Shown: one piece after another, positions 22,401 through 29,777 of the stretch
Position numbering within the stretch: the stretch's first letter is position 1
How the letters are laid out: every line of letters starts with the position of its first letter
Assembly: GCA_947465765.1 (NCBI GenBank)
Contig: CANIAP010000003.1
Coordinates: 39,393 to 103,392, forward strand
Length of the DNA stretch: 64,000 bases
Direction of reading: 5' to 3'
Source of the DNA: a bacterium
GTDB taxonomy: Bacteria > Margulisbacteria > Marinamargulisbacteria > SXXA01
Program-made: the position numbers and the translations under genes
Notes under the pieces: model-generated
Told to the model about the DNA's origin: nothing
Databases searched by the model: none
What the model saw: only the letters and a program-made list of their open reading frames with translations

Positions 22401-23218
22401 AACAGCTGGGCGGATTCCAGTTTGTTTCCGTTTTGATCGGTGAGTGCAAACGTATCTTGGACCCGCTTCCCCGTTGTGGAGATTGTGAGGTGATCGATAG
22501 ATATTTCATGGTGGGCCAATGCGGTTGAAAATGAATAGAGGAAAAACGGGGTATTTTCGGTAATTAACGTGAGGCGGGTGGCCTCATCGCCGGTGTTATC
22601 GAAGTTGACTTGGACGGGGGATAAAAATTCGGTTTTTTGACCTGTAAAATGTTGGATATAGGTGGCGGCTTGGCGATTTACAATTTGGCTGGCCTCACGG
22701 ATGGCGGCGTCTGCGCCACTTTCGAGAAGTCGGGCCACTGTAATAAATTGTTCCGTGATGTCGAGGCTCCATTTCCTGAACGAAATATTGCTGGTGAGTT
22801 TCCCTGAAAAAAAATCAACCACTTTTCGCCGTTTTAAGCTGTGGACGAGATGACGACGGTCCACAATGACCCGCTGTTTTGCAGTGGCTTGTCCCGGGAT
22901 CGTTGCTGAATATGTAAAGATCTCTCCGGATACAATTTCGACACCATTCGAGCTTAATAATCCGGTAATTAGCGAAAATAGAAACGGATAATTGTAGGTG
23001 AGAATGGTGCATTCCACCCGATCTTCACCGCTTTGGCGAAAGAGTAACGAAATCGGGTGGCCGGTGGATAGCTGCGCCAACCGGGTCAGATGATCGCATT
23101 CCACCTCAAAGTCAAAAAATTCGAAGTAGCGGTCCGGGAGCCGAAAGAGAAAATCGGATACGTCATCTTTCGGGATATCGGGGAGGCTGGCGAGATATCG
23201 ATCCTCCGATGGACGCAT
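19466..23218 (-). CDS. glnE: GlnE-like glutamine synthetase adenylyltransferase/removase with N-terminal ACT domains
   Basis: Two GKLG...SDI nucleotidyltransferase motifs, two LRP.G motifs, two DIE(F/Y) motifs; first ~290 aa ACT-like. Confidence 0.88.
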   Translation of the reverse strand: MRPSEDRYLASLPDIPKDDVSDFLFRLPDRYFEFFDFEVECDHLTRLAQLSTGHPISLLFRQSGEDRVECTILTYNYPFLFSLITGLLSSNGVEIVSGEIFTYSATIPGQATAKQRVIVDRRHLVHSLKRRKVVDFFSGKLTSNISFRKWSLDITEQFITVARLLESGADAAIREASQIVNRQAATYIQHFTGQKTEFLSPVQVNFDNTGDEATRLTLITENTPFFLYSFSTALAHHEISIDHLTISTTGKRVQDTFALTDQNGNKLESAQLLDQLRLSVLLCKQFTFFLDRAPNPFDAISRFEQLVTSILELPEKGQWIELLSNPLALRDMAKLLGTSDYLWEDVIRLHYESLLPVLGPQADQTPVYTGETTIQHRLDAALAPVTDLDAKKQIVNQFKDHETFLIDLSHILEQTDILKLSKQLTLLVEAVIGTAIRLLMEELIRRHGTPMTVGIIPAHYAVFGLGKLGGAALGYASDIELLLVYSDNGLTDGPSPISNSDFFSELVRELRQFIVSKRSGIFDIDLRLRPYGSDGPLAVSVENFCRYFGPDGPAHIYEKLALVRLRRISGHLQLGQRIEKLRDEFVYGTDNFDFSELWQLRKKQFQEKAPTRLNAKFSPGALVDIEYTVQALQIMLGRKLQSLRTPRIREALTALRKAGILNAEETAQIIVAYIFLRRLTNGLRMLRGSAEDLFLPDVASLEYDHLARRMGYHGVDHLSAADQLHMEFEAVTATARTFLQTHFSRQSLPSQSFANVADLVLNPSIPTELRLKVLRDAGFRDPARAEANLMRLAAADRSPAHFSRLVVLACEWLRHKPDPDMALNNWERFVSQMSDPADHFNLLLSQPIRLDILLDVFSVSQFLSDTLIRHPEFFGAITQKGYLHHRFLRGSATVELSEIAQSAQSVREWRNRLRLFKRRELLRIAIKDITLQIAMPEIYQDISLVAESAIQACVDFAFKRLPEDPYTLADRFCMMAMGKLGATELNYSSDIDLIPIIDLSGIPEESLNNVTTQIESILRQVNADLSEFTDEGQCYRMDYSLRPFGASGQWVTSTTGLTAYYAHSASKWEIQALLKMRPVAGNWAIGFDVLEDLKRSGLARFPAKELVSTIRELRVAAIRKSARRLGSGVDIKNGAGGIRDIEFWVQGLQLSHLDRYPQLWIRRTLPALERLRDCGVVADGLAYEIREVYLLFRRLEHFLQLLEDQQTHTLPSGDEELAVLAKRLLGSQSTGSELVLLVEQFRDRVIRLRE

Positions 23219-23221
23219 TCG

Positions 23222-23968
23222 TTATAGCGTCGCCAACACGCTCTTGGCCGTGGCTCGGGTCATCATGGTCCGTGGAAGTTCCAATGGATTTGGGTTTTTG
23301 GATAACGGGAGTAGGGTGACTCGGGATCGAATGGTCATCGCGTATTTGTATCCGGATGATTTGAGTAATGCTTTACCTTCCGCCGTGCAAATTCCAAAAG
23401 GATAAATGTACACATCAATCGGAATGCCCAATTCTTTTTCCAATATTTTTTTGGATAAAACGGCTTCTTTGTCGAAATCAGCGGGCCGTTTGTCCTTGAG
23501 TTTTTGATTCAAAAATTCGTGAAAGTAGCCATGGGACGCAAATTCATTTCCGGAATCTTTGAGCTCGCGAAGCTGGGCCCATGTCATTGCAAATTTCCGG
23601 GTATTGATAATCCCCGGATAAATCGCAAACATGGCGGGTATATGATGAGGTTTGAGTACTGCGGTGGTCGCGTCGTAGGCGGATCGGTTTCCGTCATCGA
23701 TGACCAGTAATATGTTTCGATCACCCGTGACTGTTCCGGATCTGATTTCCGAAAACGTTCGAAACCGATAGCCCTTATTTTCTATGATTCGGATATGGGA
23801 TTTAAACTCGGTTATCGAAAAATCTGTATCAATTTTGGGGCGTCCGAGGAACGTGTGGTAGCACAAAATATGCACTTGGGCCGCTTGAATCGACACGGCC
23901 ATGGTCATGAATCCCACGAGAATAATCGCACAAAAAATAGTCAGGTTTACGAATGAACGGACTGTCAT
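23222..23968 (-). CDS. Secreted polysaccharide deacetylase (IcaB/PgaB-like NodB domain)
   Basis: LCYH, VIDDG, SHGYFH, YPFG; signal-peptide-like N-terminus. Confidence 0.85.
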   Translation of the reverse strand: MTVRSFVNLTIFCAIILVGFMTMAVSIQAAQVHILCYHTFLGRPKIDTDFSITEFKSHIRIIENKGYRFRTFSEIRSGTVTGDRNILLVIDDGNRSAYDATTAVLKPHHIPAMFAIYPGIINTRKFAMTWAQLRELKDSGNEFASHGYFHEFLNQKLKDKRPADFDKEAVLSKKILEKELGIPIDVYIYPFGICTAEGKALLKSSGYKYAMTIRSRVTLLPLSKNPNPLELPRTMMTRATAKSVLATL

Positions 23969-23975
23969 AATCGCC

Positions 23976-24818
23976 TCACAATAATAAGGAAGGGATACGG
24001 ATTGGGGGGATAGTTCCGAAAGTCGATGCAATTTCTGCGAGAGAGAGGTCTTGGCAAAGGCCAGTATCCATTACGGTTGCGCCTGAAATTCCAAGATCCA
24101 GAGTCATTTGCGCGACATTTTTGGGGTTGTCGTCAAAAAACCAAACGTCGGTGTCCAATATAATTTCGGCGGCACCTAGAATTTGAGCGACGACCTTGGA
24201 GAATGCCGAATAGGGTTTTCCCATCCATATTAATTCGATCTGGAGATCCTTTTCCAATTGGTCCGCATAATATCCCATCACGGGGTACAACCCGGATCCG
24301 GTTTGGACAAAATGATCTGGATTGACGCAAATTACTGGGCGAGGCCGGTCCCGTAACGACTGTTGAATCATCTTCATGATCGAGTCTGTTGAGGCCCCCG
24401 TACTTGCGGCAAGAACAATCACGTCGGCATCGTTCGGGTGGGCGACGCTATGGCCACCGGCAAGTTCGACATACCAGGATGACGTCGGGTATCCCCAGGT
24501 ATATACGGGCTGTCCGGCTATCAATTGGCGTAACGCCGGATCCACCGACAGCCCCAGTCCCGATGAAATGATTTGGGATTCGGGGATATGAATATTTCGA
24601 TACCTGAGTCGTTCCGCAATCTCGGGGATGGAGTCAGATGTGTTGTTGGTGGCAACCCACACCGGAACGCTTTCTGATAGCGTCTGAATGGTATGTCCCA
24701 TCTTGGTTAGTCGATCGTCGTCGGTATAAAGGACACCGGCGGCGTCGACCACAATAACTTGGGGCCGCTGATCGTTCCAAATGGATTGAAGGGAAGTATT
24801 AATCCGGGACATGGTCAT
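23976..24818 (-). CDS. HAD-IIA (NagD-like) hydrolase with degenerate motifs
   Basis: VDAAGVL, ATNN, ICVNPD, MGKPY, FFDDNPKN. Confidence 0.75.
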   Translation of the reverse strand: MTMSRINTSLQSIWNDQRPQVIVVDAAGVLYTDDDRLTKMGHTIQTLSESVPVWVATNNTSDSIPEIAERLRYRNIHIPESQIISSGLGLSVDPALRQLIAGQPVYTWGYPTSSWYVELAGGHSVAHPNDADVIVLAASTGASTDSIMKMIQQSLRDRPRPVICVNPDHFVQTGSGLYPVMGYYADQLEKDLQIELIWMGKPYSAFSKVVAQILGAAEIILDTDVWFFDDNPKNVAQMTLDLGISGATVMDTGLCQDLSLAEIASTFGTIPPIRIPSLLL

Positions 24819-25560
24819 TGTTCCATATCGAATTGGGTCGGGGTTTCCCCTCGCGGAGCAACTCTCCCACCGTAACAATTTCAAATCCTCTATTTCTCAA
24901 TTTCGTGACGATAGTGGGAAGCAGTTCGATTACATCCCCCCCATTATGCATCAAAATGATACTGCCCGGTTTGGCTTGGGTGGTGATCTTTGCGATGACG
25001 GATTGAGAGAAGGAGGACCCATCTTCACGCCGACTTTCGTCCTTCACTGGAAATCGATGGACATCCAAGACGTAGTCTCCCGCGTTGACATCCCAAAGTA
25101 CTACCGTCAGTCCCAATGACGCAGCAATCTGGATGACTTTGGTATTAAATTGGCCACCGGGTGGACGGAATAATCGGGGAGATTCTCCCGTAGCCGAGCG
25201 AATAACAGCGTTTGTTCTTTCAAGTTCCGAGAGGATTTCTTCGTCGGACAATGCCGGCAGTCGGCGGTGATTGTACGTGTGGTTTGCAATCTCGTGACCC
25301 TGTTCATGAAGACGTTTAATGAGATCAATGTTGGCTTGAGCCTCGTGGCCCACGACAAAAAACGTGGAGCGAATCTGTAGTTTTTCGAGCATGTCAATCA
25401 GCGGAATAGATGATTCTGGTTTTGGCCCGTCGTCGAAGGTAAATGCGACTTGTTTTCGGGTGGTGTCCACCGACCATACGGTGTTCGCCGTTAGCGGGGT
25501 TAGGCTACTTAGAATTACGGACAACCCGATGACTGCCGCGATCCAGACCGTTCGCATCAT
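24799..25560 (-). CDS. Polysaccharide/peptidoglycan deacetylase (PdaA/PgdA-like)
   Basis: FTFDDGP, ANHTYNH, FRPPGG, ILMH; signal peptide. Confidence 0.92.
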   Translation of the reverse strand: MMRTVWIAAVIGLSVILSSLTPLTANTVWSVDTTRKQVAFTFDDGPKPESSIPLIDMLEKLQIRSTFFVVGHEAQANIDLIKRLHEQGHEIANHTYNHRRLPALSDEEILSELERTNAVIRSATGESPRLFRPPGGQFNTKVIQIAASLGLTVVLWDVNAGDYVLDVHRFPVKDESRREDGSSFSQSVIAKITTQAKPGSIILMHNGGDVIELLPTIVTKLRNRGFEIVTVGELLREGKPRPNSIWNNDHVPD

Positions 25561-25566
25561 GGGTGA

Positions 25567-26814
25567 TTATTCTGTGATTCGTGCGCCGAGGCTACGCAAT
25601 TTTCCGGGCAAATCGTCGTATCCCCGCCGCAAATGTTTGAGACCGTGGATATCGGTGGTTCCCTGTGCGGCCAGACCCGCCAAAATCAAGGCGGCCCCTG
25701 CGCGTAAGTCGGTCATTTTGACTTCGGCTGCGGTTAATTTGGGAACCCCGGTAATAATCGCATTGCGGTTATCAAGCTTGATTGTTGCCCCCATTCGCAT
25801 CAATTCATTTGCGTGCATAAATCGATTTTCAAAGATACTTTCTTTAATGATGCTGGTCCCGTTGGCCAAGGCCAGTAACGCCATCATTTGGGCTTGCATG
25901 TCGGTTGGAAATCCGGGGAATGGCAAGGTTTCAATATTGACCCCGTTGAACTGGCTGCAAGCGCCCACTTTCATCCAAGTCGGCCCGACGGTGATCTGGA
26001 ATCCCGCTTCCCGCAGTTTTTCGAGTAGCGGCGTGCTGTGTTCGGGAACGGTATGGGTCACGGTGACTTCGCCGCCGGTAATCGCGCCAGCCAAGAGTAG
26101 TGATCCGGCCTCAATCCGATCCGAAACTACAGCATGTTCCGTCCCCGTGAGCTCAGGAACCCCGTGGATCGTAATGACCGCGGTACCATGTCCCGTAATT
26201 TGGGCCCCTGCTTTGTTTAAAAAATTCCCGAGATCGGTAATTTCGGGTTCGCGTGCGGCATTTTCAATGACAGTGGTTCCTTCCGCCAACGACGCAGCCA
26301 TCATGACATTTTCGGTGGCTCCGACCGACGGGAAATCCATAGGGACGACGGCGCCCTTAAGGGATTTGACCTTCATTTCCACAAAGCCATGTTCGATTCG
26401 ATGCTCGACACCGAGTCGTTCAAATCCCTTGAGGTGGATATCGATTGGGCGGGATCCAATGGAACATCCGCCAGGCAATGGGACTTTGGCAAATCCGGTT
26501 CTTGCGACCAGCGGTCCCGCCACAAAAAACGAGGCTCGCATCGCGGTTACTAAGTCATACGGTGCAATATGCCTGACTTTTTTGGTGTTATTGATGATGA
26601 CGCGATTCCCTTTATGGAGTTCGGCGCGAACCCCCAAGGAATTCAACATTTTAATCATCGTAAATACATCCATGAGATGGGGTACGTTGGTCAGAATTGA
26701 TGTTCCCTTCAACATAATGCATGCGGCCAATAACGGTAGTGCGGCATTTTTGGCACCGGATGCTGCGACTTCGCCGTTGAGGGGGATTCCGCCGTGGATA
26801 TGGAGGCCAGACAT
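25567..26814 (-). CDS. murA: UDP-N-acetylglucosamine 1-carboxyvinyltransferase
   Basis: SGAKNAALP, LPGGCSIGSRP (catalytic Cys), PGFPTDMQAQ, DLRAGA. Confidence 0.99.
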   Translation of the reverse strand: MSGLHIHGGIPLNGEVAASGAKNAALPLLAACIMLKGTSILTNVPHLMDVFTMIKMLNSLGVRAELHKGNRVIINNTKKVRHIAPYDLVTAMRASFFVAGPLVARTGFAKVPLPGGCSIGSRPIDIHLKGFERLGVEHRIEHGFVEMKVKSLKGAVVPMDFPSVGATENVMMAASLAEGTTVIENAAREPEITDLGNFLNKAGAQITGHGTAVITIHGVPELTGTEHAVVSDRIEAGSLLLAGAITGGEVTVTHTVPEHSTPLLEKLREAGFQITVGPTWMKVGACSQFNGVNIETLPFPGFPTDMQAQMMALLALANGTSIIKESIFENRFMHANELMRMGATIKLDNRNAIITGVPKLTAAEVKMTDLRAGAALILAGLAAQGTTDIHGLKHLRRGYDDLPGKLRSLGARITE

Positions 26815-27431
26815 TAAGCGGGTTTCCCAATCCGATCCAATTGGACGGACAAAAATTCATCCACTTGGAGGTGTAACGCGGCTAGATCTCCGATGTTTTG
26901 GATAATGACTTCACATTCTTGGAACGCCTGAAAAATGTTTTGACCGGCACTTTGACCGGTGTTTTCCCGGTCGTCATGGGCTTGGAATGTGGCAAAATCC
27001 ACCGTATCTGACGCTCTGCCCCGCTCAGTGACTCGGGTATATCGAAGGTCAATGGGTGCATCAATCCCTAAAAATATGACGCCTTTTTCACGCAAATAGA
27101 TGACTTCATCCAAGTTGCGGATGCTATCAAATGCAATCGACGACACGTCTTTTTCCGATGATTCATGAAAACACCGTCGGGCAAGGACATCCATCCCGAA
27201 TTGACCTTTTAACTCATTGGAGGTGTGAACCATGACATCTCGGGTTTCGGGTTTGTTTCGGTGACGTACTTCCGAACGCACGATATCTGAGAGAGAAACA
27301 ACCAAAAAACCACAGTCCCGAAGGTAGTCGCAAACCGCGGATTTTCCCGCGCCATTGGTCCCAATTAGGCCAATCAGCCGACGTGGGATTTTCAAAATAA
27401 AAGGGGTCTTTGCGTCAAATTCATAGCTCAA
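26814..27431 (-). CDS. P-loop nucleoside-monophosphate/dephospho-CoA kinase-like protein
   Basis: IGLIGTNGAGKS, SLSDIVR, DSIRN..EV, DAP..LRY.R...RGR.SD. Confidence 0.75.
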   Translation of the reverse strand: MSYEFDAKTPFILKIPRRLIGLIGTNGAGKSAVCDYLRDCGFLVVSLSDIVRSEVRHRNKPETRDVMVHTSNELKGQFGMDVLARRCFHESSEKDVSSIAFDSIRNLDEVIYLREKGVIFLGIDAPIDLRYTRVTERGRASDTVDFATFQAHDDRENTGQSAGQNIFQAFQECEVIIQNIGDLAALHLQVDEFLSVQLDRIGKPA

Positions 27432-27440
27432 GATGGTAAA

Positions 27441-28067
27441 TCAAATGCAATAAAATTCCAACGCTTGCTTGACTTCTTGGGCATCTTGCCAAGTCAACCA
27501 CTTCGGGCTGCCCTTTTCCTTGCTGTGGTTGCGGAGCAAGTACGACGGGTGAAACATCGGAATGATATACAGCGGCGCTTCCATATAATTCACGGAGGCT
27601 TGGACCCATTTTCCTCGAACCTGGCTGATCGCTGTCATTTCTTCCAAAATCGTTTTAAGGGCTGGGCTGCCTAGAAGAATCATGACTTTGGGTTGTACCA
27701 ATTGGATTTGCCGGATCAAATATGGTTTGCAGGCTTCCATTTCGGTGACCAAGGGCGTTCGATTTTGGGGGGGTCTACATTTTACGGTGTTGGCAATATA
27801 GGCATCTGTCTCTCGGTTGATTCCGACGGATTCCAAAATTTTGGTTAACATTTGGCCGGCTTTTCCGATAAAAGGAAGGCCTTGAAGATCCTCTTGTTCA
27901 CCGGGAGCTTCCCCAATAATCATGAGGTTGCAAGGGACGGGACCGTGGCCAACCACGACGTGGGTTCTTCCGGATTGTAAGGCGCATTTAGTGCAGCTTT
28001 GGCAGGTCTCAAAGAGTTGCGCATAGGTCATGTCGTTATACGGTGTAACGTCGTTAAATGGAATCAT
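27441..28067 (-). CDS. Uracil-DNA glycosylase family 4
   Basis: CTKC.L, IGEAPG.QED, N.VKCRPP.NR.P, FHPSYLLR. Confidence 0.95.
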   Translation of the reverse strand: MIPFNDVTPYNDMTYAQLFETCQSCTKCALQSGRTHVVVGHGPVPCNLMIIGEAPGEQEDLQGLPFIGKAGQMLTKILESVGINRETDAYIANTVKCRPPQNRTPLVTEMEACKPYLIRQIQLVQPKVMILLGSPALKTILEEMTAISQVRGKWVQASVNYMEAPLYIIPMFHPSYLLRNHSKEKGSPKWLTWQDAQEVKQALEFYCI

Positions 28068-28915
28068 GGGGTTATCCTCATACTGAGATCGAGTGCGGGA
28101 ACGGAATGGGTAAGAGCGCCGACGGAAATACGATGGATTGGAAGCCCGCGATATCGGCCGATTGTATCCAGTGTAATATTGCCAGACACTTCGATTTCGG
28201 CCGGAATGCCCCGATCAATCATCCGTTGGGCCCCTTGGGTAATGATATCGACGGGGAAGTTGTCGAACATCACGATATCGGCAAGATCGAGCGGGAGGGA
28301 GTCGATTTGGGAGAGTGTTTCGATTTCGATCTCGATGCCAATCGTTGGATTTTGATGCTTAAAATAAAGGAGACGATCGCGAAGTGATCCCAATTGACCG
28401 TTATGTTCGAGAGCGATCAGATGATTTTCTTTGATCAAAATCATGTCGGATAAATTCATCCGATGATTGTGGCCGCCACCGGCAACTACGGCTTGTTTTT
28501 CGAGCAATCGAAGAAGGGGGGTGGTTTTGCGGGTTTCGAGTAATTTGATTCCAGAATCATTCAGTGCGGCGACAAAACTCCCGGTCATCGTTGCGATTCC
28601 GCAGAAACGTTGTAAAAAGTTGAGTAACACCCGTTCCAACGCCAGCACTTGTTTGAGTGGGCCGGTAATTTCGATCAATCGGTCTTTGGGGCCAATCCGT
28701 TGGCCGTCAGTCACGAGAATCGTGGCGTGAAGATGAGAATCAAAGTGGGCAACGCAGGCCAGTGTAATCTCGCGACCAAAAAAAATGCCCGGGGCCTTGG
28801 CGATGATGACTGCAGTGGCGGATAGGGTGTCGGTAAGTGTTAAATCGGAGGTGATATCGCCGTTAGGAATATCCTCCGCGTACGCCAGTTGAATCAATTC
28901 GGTCAGGGAAGTCAT
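28064..28915 (-). CDS. nadC: Quinolinate phosphoribosyltransferase
   Basis: EDI..GDITS, ERVLLNFLQR..GIAT, TRKTTP, HR..LSD.ILIKENH. Confidence 0.97.
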   Translation of the reverse strand: MTSLTELIQLAYAEDIPNGDITSDLTLTDTLSATAVIIAKAPGIFFGREITLACVAHFDSHLHATILVTDGQRIGPKDRLIEITGPLKQVLALERVLLNFLQRFCGIATMTGSFVAALNDSGIKLLETRKTTPLLRLLEKQAVVAGGGHNHRMNLSDMILIKENHLIALEHNGQLGSLRDRLLYFKHQNPTIGIEIEIETLSQIDSLPLDLADIVMFDNFPVDIITQGAQRMIDRGIPAEIEVSGNITLDTIGRYRGLPIHRISVGALTHSVPALDLSMRITP

Positions 28916-29011
28916 GTGAGCGAATTATAGGCTACAAAAAGGGTGGGCGTAAAACGGCCGGAGATTGTAACGCGGGATTTTAAGAATATTCTAGGGTAAT
29001 ATCAGAAGTAA

Positions 29012-29758
29012 ATGTCATCCACCCCCCGAATTTTTAGTCCAACAGCGAAGGTCAAGTGGCCCAGCTGCCCGCTTGATGAATTTTCCCTTCACCATCTTAA
29101 AGATGTCCTCCGGTTGCGGAAGGGGAATTTAGTCGAGGTCGTTGCTGGCGACACTTTGTGGACGGTGACCTTGGTTGAGTTTCAACCCAAGTCAAATCTG
29201 ATGACCACAGAGCCCGTCAGCTCCGTAAAAATCCCCGTCGCTCCTGTTAATATTCAGTTGATTCAATGTGTCCCGAAAGTCGATAAAATTTCCGAGATTA
29301 TTCGATCCTGTACCGAGATGGGCGTGGCACAGATCACCCCCGTTATTAGCGAGCGGTGCGTCAGCGTCCCCACGGAAAAGGCAAACGCCAAGCATGCCCG
29401 TTGGAAGCAAGTGGTGATGAGTGCGGCGGCACAGTCTCGGCAGATTCGGGTTCCAGTCATGGATCGGTTGACCCCCTATGCAGCGGCTTTATCCGCAACG
29501 ACATCAACACACAAAATTATTTTTTGGGAAGAGTCTCCCGTTCCGTTAAGTGCCGTGATCTCAACCCTGGGATTGAACTCCAGCCAACATCCCCTCTCTT
29601 TAAGTATCGTTATCGGGCCTGAGGGCGGATTGTCTGACGCAGAAGTCAAAATCGCGAGAGAGTTGGGCTACGTTGAGGCCTCCTTGGGTCCCACAATTTT
29701 GCGAGTCGAACACGCGGGGTTGGTGGCTGTTGCCCAATTGATTTACGCATTGCTCTGA
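29012..29758 (+). CDS. rsmE: 16S rRNA m3U1498 methyltransferase
   Basis: HHL.DVLRL, K.TEMGV, IGPEGG, LGP.ILRVEHA. Confidence 0.95.
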   Translation: MSSTPRIFSPTAKVKWPSCPLDEFSLHHLKDVLRLRKGNLVEVVAGDTLWTVTLVEFQPKSNLMTTEPVSSVKIPVAPVNIQLIQCVPKVDKISEIIRSCTEMGVAQITPVISERCVSVPTEKANAKHARWKQVVMSAAAQSRQIRVPVMDRLTPYAAALSATTSTHKIIFWEESPVPLSAVISTLGLNSSQHPLSLSIVIGPEGGLSDAEVKIARELGYVEASLGPTILRVEHAGLVAVAQLIYALL

Positions 29759-29777
29759 AAGGAAATACGAACCGATT

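Noticed and set aside
25364-26905. 513-aa ORF on + strand
   Set aside because: Antisense shadow of murA with no recognisable motifs; expected from codon bias
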